Part shown: positions 1-11,342 of the stretch, piece by piece | Layout: the number at the start of each line of letters is the position of its first letter | How positions within the stretch are numbered: the stretch's first letter is position 1 | From: Lineus longissimus | Taxonomy: Eukaryota | Direction of reading: 5' to 3' | DNA: 64,000 nucleotides | Assembly (NCBI RefSeq): GCF_910592395.1 | Contig: NC_088308.1 | Location: 1,922,001 to 1,986,000, forward strand | Position numbers and translations under genes: made by a program | The notes under the pieces: model-generated | What the model saw: only the letters and a program-made list of their open reading frames with translations | Database searches by the model: none | Told to the model about the DNA's origin: nothing

Positions 1-110
1 GAGGTGGTCTTCCACCTGAGGCTGGATTCACTCTCGGAGAGGTGGGAGATATATGGGGAGGTTGCAGCTCATTCCACCAGGGAAAGGTATGGCATCAGCT
101 AGACACAAGA
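1..110 (+). repeat. Dispersed repeat fragment, related copy at ~34763-34880
   Basis: gaggtggtcttc...tgaggctggatt...actc(t)cggagaggtg...ttgcagct(c/g)attccac is shared between the two sites. Confidence 0.5.
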
Positions 111-206
111 GTTTGAGGAGTGTTTCAGTCTGCCAACACGTTATGCTTACATTCTGAATATTTTAGATTTTCACCCGGAGGTGAGCAAAAGCACATGTGC
201 TATTAA

Positions 207-738
<532 letters not shown>

Positions 739-749
739 TTAATGCTTAC

Positions 750-3700
750 CTGATCAATCTCACTGAGCCTGTCGGCAGTATCAACCTCATCCAGGAATGA
801 CATGATTGTTCGTAGTTTATCATCAGAGAGTAACCCACTACTCCTCAGGGCCTGGCTGTCCTTAGGGTGGTTCAGTTTCTCTATGCGCTCCATGGAGAGG
901 TAATGTGAGTTACCATCCTCACCTTCTGATAATGTCTTATCAAGATCATCAACTGAAAAATGTAGGGTAGAATTTATAGATTTTCTATGAAATTGTAAAT
1001 TTTTATCATGGCATCATTTCTTTTAAACAGAACAGAGCTGCATGGTATCCAGAATAGGGATTCCTGCTACAAACTATTAGAAGAAGTACTTACACCAACT
1101 TTTCTTCTTTTCGGGCTTTTTCTCCACCAGTTGCTCATCTGCTTCAAGTTCCTGCAGTGTATTCATGAGATCGTCAAGGGTTGACTTGGTCTGGGCCTGG
1201 CTGGGTGCACCAGCACTGTTGCCCCCATCATATGATCTCGGGGTCTCATTCTGGGAGTGACTGTGCCTGTCTTGATGATAAGAGTTCATGGCTTCAGCAC
1301 CCTGAAAAATGAGCTTGTTTTAGTGAAGGAGACAAAGAACTACATAGAATGTGAACCCTTCATACATGTGCATTATATATGCATGTAGATTTAATCAATA
1401 CAGGTACTTGTGTATTACACAAACAATAACAGTTACTGACAAAACCATTGAACCAACTGAATCATTTAGTCAATGCATGCTTTATGAATAAGCATATGCG
1501 GGATTTCATCGCCTACTTGTTTTAAAGTGTCTGACTTTCCCAAACGGGTTTGACATGTGGCCATCAACCCCAATCAGCACCATCCCAGTGTTACTCAACA
1601 GATGCTGACAAGAGCCTCTGCAGACATGAACACAGAAGAAGGAGGAAATATCGTTACCTCATTTGTCCTTTCTGACCGCTCAGTGTCTCTGGGATTCATC
1701 TGAGAAGACTGTATGGAGCGCTGGGTTAGTGTGACCTCCGACTCACTATCCTGAGCATTCATGTCCTTGGCTTTCATTTTACTGCTTTGTTGTTTTGGCT
1801 TTACGCCAAGTCTTGCTGGTTTTGTCTTTATTTTACCAGTTTCTTGCAAATACAGCACTTCCTCCTCAGCTTTACGCTTGTTTTCTAAACGTTTTTCTTC
1901 CCGTTTCATTTGTAATTCCTAAAAGTGGAAATATACGTTAGATATATTTGAACCATTAACTCAACTTGAGGTTCATTTCACTCCAACAAGTTTGCCATCA
2001 GATCTTCAAGAGATTTGAGGAACTGTTTAGGTTATTTTTGGAGTAATGCACAGAATTTGCAAATTCAAGGAGGTATTTGCTTTTTTGGGGGGGGGGCCTT
2101 GGCTAACACACATTATCAGTTCAGAGAACTAAACACTGGTTGGGTGAAAGTCAATATCCACCCACAACCTAAGCTTACTGTTTGTATCTTGAACACCTGC
2201 CTAGTTTACCACTAAAAACATCTAAATGCCCATTACATTCTCAGCAGGATACTTGTATATGTATCTTTCCCAACAAGCCACAAGATGGCTCTCACCTTTA
2301 TTGCATCTTGCCGAGCCTGTCTGGCCTTCTCTTCCCGAATTCTCCGCCGATCCTCTCGTGCACGATCCTCATTCACCCGACTCTCCTGCTCTTTTATAAG
2401 CATCTCCTCCCGCTCTCTTTTCTTTTGTCCAAAAAGTCTTTTCATTGCTGCTTCACCAGCTTTATTCCTCACATCGTCTTTGCTTTTACTCGCTAAGTAC
2501 CCTCGGAATTTCCGCTGTATTTTTGTGGCAGCTAAATTCACCGACTTTATATAATCCTCAGCAAGACTGTTCTGACCATTCTGACTCGGGGCCGGACTGG
2601 TATTACTTTTCACAACCTGGTTGACAGGGGTTTTATGTTTGATATTCTGATAAGAGTTCTCTATGTCCATGAATGAAGTTTTCGTTGTTGGGGACAAGGC
2701 TTGTAATGTCATATTGTTTGCTATGCTAGGTGACAACATAGCTGAGACTGGTTTCTGTTCAGCATTAATATTGAGAGTTTTTAAGGCAGGAGGTGATTTC
2801 GACCTAGAATCATAGCGATCCGGTAAATCCAGAAAGTCGTATGCAGTCGCTCCGTTAGATCTTTCTCCCGAGGATGGTCGTTGCCTTGGCATGTTATAAC
2901 CCACATGGTCAGAGTCAATTGTGCTTGTACTGCGGGCACTGTCTGGTTGAAAGATACTGTGGGGTAGCTTCTTGACAGGTTTGGGACCTTGACCTTTACG
3001 TGTGTTGTCTGTGGACACATTCTTTCCACCAACTTTGTATGTTGAACTACTTTTCATCTGAAACAACAATCAAGCAGCTTGGTCAAACTAACTATTTAAT
3101 AGCAAAATTAGTTTTCACTTGCCGATATATCTATAATAGAAACTACTAAAGCCTACAATCAACGATAAGGTTTCAAACACATCGGATCACAAGTCAAATG
3201 GTTTTGAATTCAGCACACCAATCCCAATTAACTATTCCTTCTGTATTATAGCAAAGATGTCCTTTACAAGTTAATAACACATATTTGATTACATACCGAG
3301 TCGCCCCATGCAGCTTTCTTTGGCCCACCAGGACTTGGTCCGATTTTCCCCTTGATCTTTGGCTGAGTGCTGTTCTCAAACAATGCCAAGAAGTCAGTGC
3401 TAAAAAAAATCAAGAGAATGAAGGAAGAGTTGAAGGAAATTTAAGTCTACAAAGATCTAGTGAATTTAAACTGCACTATTTCAAAGATTGCTGGGTTGGC
3501 ACTACAGATCTTGATTTTCTTCTAGTATGATATTCCAATTGGTTAACGCCTGAGATTCTATTATACTTTAGTTCAAGCGGACACATTTCAAAGAAGGCAA
3601 GGGCAGCATTCATGTCATTACAACCAAAGAAGGTGCAAAAGTTAGCAATTAACTTTACATTGGACTGCTAGTAAACTACCTGTTAGGTGCCTTTGATGAT

Positions 3701-4519
3701 GTGTTACTTCCTTTGTTGGTGTTGGCAGTGCCTGTCTCACTCCTACTGGCAAATGGAGGATTGTGACTGCCAGCTGAAAAAAGGACATCTTTATTATAAA
3801 AGGATTGAAATAATGGGGAAAAAATAGGTCCACAAATCAACATTTTAGCAGGCGAAAGGGAGAGGGGTTCATCAGGAACATATACAGATTAGAGGAAAAA
3901 TTGGCTTCCATTCACAATGTCATTGTCCATATTCAAGCATACATCTTCAATTTTCAACCTGGCTTCAGAATTTTGGACTGGTACAAAGGTCAAAGTGACT
4001 TACTTCGGGTATGTTTCTTTTTGCCAACATCTGAATTACTTGATTTAATACCAACTGTGTTCAAGGCAGTCTGAAGTGAGAGAGAGCTAGATAAGTTTCA
4101 TCAAAAATAAAAAGACAAATGGCAATGGTTTTGTAATGTAATTATAGTTAACTCTAAATTTCAGATAAACCGTCAACATTACTACAACATTATTCAAGAC
4201 TGAATTGACAATTCCCCTAAAAATCAGGGCATGAATGTAAACTGACATTTAGCTGTACACCGTCTTTCTTCTGCTCATTTCACATTTTCACAGATTAATC
4301 CATATACAATCAGCCGATGATGGTCATTTTTTAATCTTGGTCACTGCTTGTTTCACTTACAGTAGATGAGGATTTTTCCCTGACCCCACTGGCAGAACTT
4401 GGTCTGTTGGGAGTCTTTGCCGATCCAGGTCTTTTGCTGCTGGTGGATATAGTGGAGATCTGAGAACCTGTTAAACTTAAACCAAGGTCATCAGACCTGG
4501 TGTCTTTTCTCCCAGACAT
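750..4519 (-). CDS. CEP131: Centrosomal protein of 131 kDa (CEP131/AZI1), 5' portion; gene continues beyond the left edge of the window
   Basis: Phase-consistent GT-AG exons: 4519-4361 (ATG MSGRKD), 4070-4004, 3773-3680, 3399-3297 (TDFLALFE), 3057-2296 (IQ-like AATKIQRKFRGY; REEKARQARQDAIK), 1918-1658 (ELQMKREEKR), 1301-1094 (TLDDLMNTLQELE), 952-750 (DKLRTIMSFLDEVD). These motifs match recalled CEP131 blocks. Probable non-coding first exon ~4991-5170. Confidence 0.85.
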
Positions 4520-5161
4520 CCTGGAAAAAAACAGCAACTATTTGAAATCTGCCGAAATCTAAATTTGATTTCCAAAAACCCATTTGCTGTCTTTTCTAAA
4601 TTATTTTCTGGAAGAAACACTATTTGGAACACACTATTATTATGCAGTAGAAAAGATAAAAGAACAATGATGAAACTACCTTGCATCGCTGTCATAGCCA
4701 CTGCTGCTATTGCTTATACTGTGCAAATCTTTCATTGAAACCACACTCAGCCTTCTTTTCAAATTCACCATTGCATCTAAAATGGCATCTACCCTACTCG
4801 CCCCCTGGATGCTAGCCATGGTGGCAATATTTCAAAATATCAAATTGTTCAATGAAATATAGGCAGCACAATGGGGAATGTAAGACCTGTCCGTGCACGC
4901 GTCACACTCACAGTCAGTGCTTTCAGGACACACAACAAAAACACACGTTTGTTTAGTTTTTGAATGAACTGGATAGCAGAAGAACCTTACCTAATCGGGT
5001 TATTTGAGCGTATTATTGACTATTTCAACATTATCTCTGGGTTTGCAACGAATCAGGATTATTTAGTCTCGGGTTACAATATTAGGAATTATGATATCGT
5101 CTTCTTGGTCGGCGTTAGAAAGGTGATATTTTGACAGAAAATTTCAGAAATTTGTAATCAG

Positions 5162-5175
5162 ACGGCCATCTTGGA
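5162..5175 (-). promoter_or_regulatory. YY1-like motif (CCAAGATGGCCG) near the probable CEP131 transcription start
   Basis: acggccatcttgg on the + strand, upstream of a GTAAG donor at ~4990 for a putative non-coding first exon. Confidence 0.35.
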
Positions 5176-5419
5176 TTGGTAAGGTATAAATGACGAACAT
5201 TGTATCAAAGACTGGAATATTGTGCAATCGAATCAACAACTCTCAGATGTTCATAGAAAAACACAATAAGGAACCAACTTAATGATACCTTGGCTTTCTT
5301 TAGGTTGATTATGGTCTAAATTTATCAGCGAAGTATGAAGAACAAAGCAATTTTAATCTCGCCCCAGATACCAGGTCAGAAATTTGAGTCTTGTTTTTAT
5401 AAACACCCATGTTTACATT

Positions 5420-6130
5420 GGTCTCGTTAGGGAGTTTTTCCCAAATGTACGCGATGATGACGTGCTCCATTAACAGGACGTAACATCTATTTTAAAATGC
5501 GTTTCCAAAGTGAATGCATGAGGACAACCCATTTGTGTCGTATATCACTGGAAACGCCCGATTCCCCTGATTCTGCAGGATGTTAAATCGGGCATTTTAT
5601 TTCTTTAAATAAATCATAAGCGTCGCATTTGCTCATAGCTCTGTTCACCATCCCAAATGGCAATATTGCCAATTGGGCCGGACAATCACGAAAAACCCCA
5701 AATATTATACATTTCTTCCTGAATAATTCTTACAGAGACCATTCTCCCATGAAAGACAGTTGCTTACGCTATACAAAAATCCAAAAAAAATCGAGGGTCA
5801 ACCATTGAACTTTTGAGATATGTTGAATTTTGCACAAATCAGCGAAAAACGCACCAACTGGCACTGGACGGCATTTCAACACGGGGCCGACGCACATCCC
5901 AAGTTCAGTGTACACATACGTCGGCAACAACAGTATAAATGCGTAGTTTCTTGTTAGTCGCCTATTGAATAGCGCTCTAGGTTTCAGAAACTCCAAAAAA
6001 ACATGTCTTTGCCAAAACAACTGCTGAATCAACGCTGACATACTGTAAGGACCAAGAAATCAATGATTTTAGGAACTACGGTTAGCGGTTGGCCGCGCAT
6101 GAATAACAAAAAAAACTCCCTAATGAGACC
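5420..6130 (+). mobile_element. ~710-bp non-autonomous TIR element (MITE), copy 1
   Basis: TIRs GGTCTCGTTAGGGAGTTTTT ... AAAAACTCCCTAATGAGACC; internal sequence is shared with 6151-6838 (inverted) and 42260-42868. Confidence 0.8.
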
Positions 6131-6150
6131 ATTTTTCGCGTGTTCGATTA

Positions 6151-6838
6151 GGTCTCATTAGGGAGTTTTTTTGTATTCATGCGCGACCAACTCGTAACCA
6201 AAGTTTCTAAAAAAATATTGATTTCTTGGTTCTCTCAGTATGCCAGTGTTTATTTAGTAATGGTTTTAGCAAAGACGTATTTTTTGGAGTTTCTGAAATC
6301 TAGAGCGCTCCCAAATAGGGGGCTAACAAGAAATTACCCATTTTACTGTTGTTGCCGTTGTATGTGTACACTGAACTTTGGATGCGCGTCGGCCCCATGT
6401 TGCAATACCGTCCAGTGCCAGTTGGTGCGTTTTTCGCTGATTTGTGCAAAATTCAACATATCTCAAAAGTTCAATGGTTGACCCTCGATTTTTTTTGATT
6501 TTCTTGTAGCGTAAGCAACTGTCTTTCACGAGAGAATGGTCACTGTAAGAATTATTCAGGAAGAAATGTTTAATATTTGGGGTTTTCCGTGATTGTCTGG
6601 CCCAATTGGCAATATTGTCATTTGGGATGGTGAACAGAGCTAGGAGCAAATGCGACGCTTATGATTTATTTAAACAAATAAAATGCCCGATTTAACATCC
6701 TATAGAATCAGGGGAATCGGGCGTTTCCATTGATATACCACACAAATGGGTTGTCCTCATGCAATCACTTTTGAATCGAATTTTAAAATAGATGCTACGT
6801 CATCATCGCGTACATTCGGGAAAAACTCCCTAACGAGA
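6151..6838 (-). mobile_element. Same TIR element, copy 2, inverted relative to copy 1
   Basis: Begins ggtctcattagggagtttttt, ends aaaaactccctaacgaga; reverse complement of 5420-6130 with scattered substitutions. Confidence 0.8.
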
Positions 6839-7369
6839 ACTTACTGGCGCCGCGCCAATCTCCCGGGCGCCTGGCCAAATGTCTAATTTACATGCACCCG
6901 CTGAAATTGTCACATGGTCGGTCGCGTGAGACAGGCTTGACAGCGATGATTACCATTGACGACGCTTGGAGGACGGCGCCGCATTTCTCAAATCATGTTG
7001 TCAGCACGGTGGAACAGCCAGGACTGTTAAACAGTTGTGTGAGCTCACTGGAGCTTGCACTTACATAATAGTATAAAACTTCAAGCAGTGAGACACCACT
7101 TCGGGGGAATGAGTGTGATGATCGAAGATAGTTGGGGGTCAGGATATATTTCAAAAACATTGAAAATTTCCCATGGTTTACATTTTGGACATTTTGATAT
7201 ATTCTTGTAATGATACATCTTCTATGGTACGATATTTAGAAGTATATCGGAGAAGATGTCATAGATGATATGTGAAAGAAATTTATCATGTATCTAGATT
7301 TAAAAAGTTACATTGTCTTAATAAATAAAATGATTCTTTTGATGTGATATTCCAGAAGAGATTTATTTC

Positions 7370-9655
7370 GCCTGGCTGTGACCGTCTCATCTCTCACCTT
7401 GTCAACACTCTCGAGCAGCCAGGACTGATTCAGCCTGACTGTGACTCTCTCACCATGTTGACAACTTGGCAGAGATCAGCCAAGACTGATGTGGCCTGGC
7501 TGTGACTGTCTCATCTCTCTCACCATGTTGACAACTTGGCAGAGTAGCCAAGACTGATTTGGCCTGGCTGTGACTGTCTCATCCCTCTCATCATGTTGTC
7601 AATACGGTGGAGTAGCCAGGACTGATTCGGCCTGGCTGTGACTGTCTCATCTCTCTCACCATGTTGGTAACACGATGGAGCAGCAAGGGCTGATGTGGCC
7701 TGGCTGTGACTGTCTCATCTCTCTCATCATGTTGGCTACACGATGTAACAGCCAAGACTAATTTGGACTGGCTGTGACTGTCTCATCACTCTCATCATGT
7801 TGGCGACACGGTGAAGCAGCCAGGACTGATTTGGACTGGCTGTGACTGCCTCATCACTTTCATCATGTTGGCGACACGGTGAAGCAGCCAGGACTGATTT
7901 GGACTGGCTGTGACTGTCATCTCCCTCATCATGTTGGCAACACGATGTAGCAGCAAGGACTGATTTGGACTCGCTGTGACCGTCATCTCTCTCATCATGT
8001 TGGCAACACAGTGGAGCAACCAGGACTGATTCGGCCTGGCTGTGACTTCCTTATCTCTCTCACCATGTTGACAACTTGGCAGAGCAGCCAAGACTAATTT
8101 GGCCTGGCTGTGACTGTCTGATCTCTCTCACCATATTAACAACTAGGCAGTGCGGCGAAGACTGATGCCGCCTGGCTGTGACTGTCTCATCTCTCTCACC
8201 ATGTAGCCAACTTGGCAGATCAGCCAAGACTGATTTGGCCCGGCTGTAACTGTCTCATCTCTCTCACCATGTTGACAACTTGGCAGAGTAGCCAAGACTG
8301 ATTTGGCATGGCTGTGACTGTCTCATCTCTCTCATCATGTTGTCAACACGATGGAGTAGCCAGGACTGATTGGACCTGGCTGTGACTGTCTAATCTCTCT
8401 CACCATGTTGGTAACACGATGGGGCAGCAAGGGCTGATGTGGCCTGGCTGTGACTGTCTCATCTCTCTCATCATGTTGGCTACACGATGTAACAGCCAAG
8501 ACTGATTTGGACTGGCTGTGACTGTCTCATCACTCTCATCATGTTGGCGACACGGTGAAGCAGCCAGGACTGATTCGGCCAGGCTGTGACTGTCTCATCA
8601 CTCTCATCATGTTGGCGACACGGTGAAGCAGCCAGAACTGATTCGGCCTGGCTCTGACTGTCCCATCTCTCTCGCCTTATTAACAACTAGGCAGTGCGGC
8701 GAAGATTGATGCGGCCTGGCTGTGACTGTTTCATCACTCGCATCATGTTGTCAACGCGGTGGAGCAGCAAGGACTGATTCGGCCTGGTTGTGACTATCTC
8801 ATCTCTCTCATCATGTTGACAACTTGGCAGAGCAGCCAAGACTTATTTGGCCTGGCTGTGACTGTCTCATCTCTCTCACCATATTAACAACTAGGCAGTG
8901 CGGCGAAGACTGATGCCGCCTGGCTGTGACTGTCTCATCTCTCTCACCATATAGACAACTTGGCAGAGCAGCCAAGACTGATTTGGCCTGGCTGTGACTG
9001 TCTCTCATCTCTCTCACCATATTAACAACTAGGCAGTGCGGCGAAGATTGATGCGGCCTGGCTGTGACTGTCTCATCACTCTCATCATGTTGTCAACACG
9101 GTGGAGCAGCCAGGACTGATTCGGCCTGGTTGTGACTTCCTCATCTCTCTCATCATGTTGTCAACACGGTGGAGCAGCCAGGACTGATTCGGCCTGGCTG
9201 TGACTGCCTCATCTCTTTCACCATGTTGACAACTTGGCAGAGCAGCCAAGACTGATTTGGCCTGGCTGTGACTGTCTCATCTCTCTCACCATAATTATTG
9301 TCAACACGGTGGAGCAGCCAGAACTGATTCGGCCTGGCTCTGACTGTCCCATCTCTCTCGCCTTATTAACAACTAGGCAGTGCGGCGAAGATTGATGCGG
9401 CCTGGCTGTGACTGTCTCATCACTCGCATCATGTTGTCAACGCGGTGGAGCAGCCAGGACTGATTCGGCCTGGTTGTGACTTCCTCATCTCTCTCATCAT
9501 GTTGTCAACACGGTGGAGCAGCCAGGACTGATTCGGCCTGGCTGTGACTTCCTCATCTCTCTCACCATGTTGACAACTTGGCAGAGCAGCCAATGGCTGT
9601 GACTGTCTCATCTCTCTCATCATGTTGTCAGCACGATGGAGGAGCCAGGACTGTC
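7370..9655 (+). repeat. 68-bp satellite/minisatellite array (~33 units)
   Basis: Unit cctggctgtgactgtctcatctctctcaccatgttgacaacttggcagagcagccaagactgatttgg with 68-bp period (e.g. 7563 to 7631); several recurring unit variants. Confidence 0.95.
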
Positions 9656-9743
9656 AAACAGTTGTGTGAGCTCACTAGAGCTTGCACTTACATAATAGTG
9701 TAAAACTAAAATTTATATAATATATATATATATGTATATAAAA

Positions 9744-10155
9744 CCGTCATCGGATGCGCATCCGATATGCCACGAGATCCTTTACCGTCAATTCCCTTAC
9801 CGTCTTCGGATGCGCATCTGATATGCCACGAGATCCTTCACCGTCAATTCCCTTACCGTCTTCGGATCCGATACGCCACGAGATCCTTCACCGTCAATTC
9901 CCTTACCGTCTTCGGATGCGCATCTGATATGCCACGAGATCCTTTACCGTCAATTTCTTTACCGTCATCGGATGCGCATCCGATATGCCACGAGATCCTT
10001 CACCGTCAATTCCCTTACCGTCTTCGGATGCGCATCCGATATGCCACGAGATCCTTTACCGTCAATTTCTTTACCGTCATCGGATGCGCATCCGATATGC
10101 CACGAGTTTTTTTGTTACCTCACCGTCAATTCTTATACCGTCATGGATGCCACGA
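9744..10155 (+). repeat. 56-bp tandem repeat (~7 units) containing a 16-bp palindrome TCGGATGCGCATCCGA
   Basis: atgccacgagatcc recurs at 9767, 9823, 9873 (50-bp deleted unit), 9929, 9985 and 10041; preceded by (TA)n at ~9715-9740. Confidence 0.9.
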
Positions 10156-10596
10156 GCTTTGTTCGCGTTGTAAAGGTTTCGGGGATACGACTAATGCATG
10201 CGAGCACCGTCGGCGGAACCCCAAACCGCCCTCTCGATCTATCCGTAAGGACAAATCACTCTCGTGACCGTCACAGTTACGGACTCCGGACCTCCAGACT
10301 TTAGAGACCGAGCTTTTCTTTACCTTACAATTACTGTATACTCGGCGCCTCACTTATATGTGTTGTTTTTTTCACATACATTGTTCTCGTGGTTTACGGA
10401 AAAGTAGGCCTAAAATGTTATAGTGTCTAAAAACAATATTCAGTTAATGGAATTACACTTTTTTCCATTACTGCTTGCTTGATATTGCCCTAACAACTTT
10501 TTCATGAATCAATTTTGAGCATTATGTTTACAACGTAGTTATTATAGCACGAATTATGAGTCTAAAATGCCAAATACTTGCAACTATTATGTTAAT

Positions 10597-10950
10597 CACT
10601 GAAATCTTAGTGTACTAATTGCTCGCTATAAGCTAGGTTATTGCGCCCCTAAACCAACGTACTGACAACGCTACCTCCCCGGAACTCAAACTTTAACGTG
10701 AGTTAATTGTAATCTTACTCTCTATATTAAAAGTGATTTACCTAGGAATACAGTTGCACTTCACTGAAAACTAATGATGTGTTGATGAGTTCAATGAATC
10801 CTTCGATTCCTTTGGTTTTCTTGGCGAACTGACGTCCGACAATCAATGACCCGTTGACAATGACGTGTACCTGCAATACGCTATTGCCGTTGTGTGTAAA
10901 CAGATCTATTTTTGGACGAAACTCAGCCCCTCACAAACTTTGGTCCATTT
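10597..10950 (+). repeat. ~350-bp segment duplicated at 25033-25355 (upstream of ECSIT)
   Basis: cactgaaat(c/t)ttagtgtactaattgctcgctataagctagg...aactttaacgtgagttaattgtaatcttactc...ggacgaaactc...cctcacaaactttggtc occurs at both loci in the same orientation. Confidence 0.85.
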
Positions 10951-11342
10951 CGCCAATGATGACACTGCTTCTAGGCTGTACCACAGCACTTTAAGCTGTA
11001 GCAGCGCCAAGCAAGAGTCAAGACAAATGTCCGCTCCCAGCCCCAGCCCTCCCCCCCCCCCCCCCATCATCAGATTCAGAGGCCTGGCCGAGCCCTGGCT
11101 ATGATGATACAAAGCCATGTGATGATAGTGATGCTCAGGTTAGAGGATGATGGGAATTAGAGTGTTATTCCAAGCACAAGACTAGGCTGGTGTGAGCTTG
11201 GCAATGGAAAGGGTCTTATTCTATGACTATCATTCATAGGCCCTTTGTGACTGTCCACAAGATTAGTACTGGCGATTCTAACCTACATAACACAGCGTAG
11301 CTGACACCAAATCACCCTCAGTTTTTTTCTTTTACAGAAATA

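Noticed and set aside
7370..9655. 68-bp array as CRISPR or as coding sequence (ORFs 7795-9623 and similar)
   Set aside because: The variable parts are a few recurring related subtypes; the ORFs are by-products of the repeat.
9744..10155. CRISPR-like array (palindromic repeats at regular spacing)
   Set aside because: The intervening sequences are near-identical rather than unique spacers, there are no cas genes, and the context is an intron-rich animal genome.
10865..11104. Possible altMiD51/LYR-motif upstream ORF as in bicistronic human MIEF1
   Set aside because: The ORF starts with GTG, has only a weak RLYH resemblance, lacks the downstream conserved Phe block, overlaps the duplicated segment and includes a poly-C tract. 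No convincing uORF was found in the leader.
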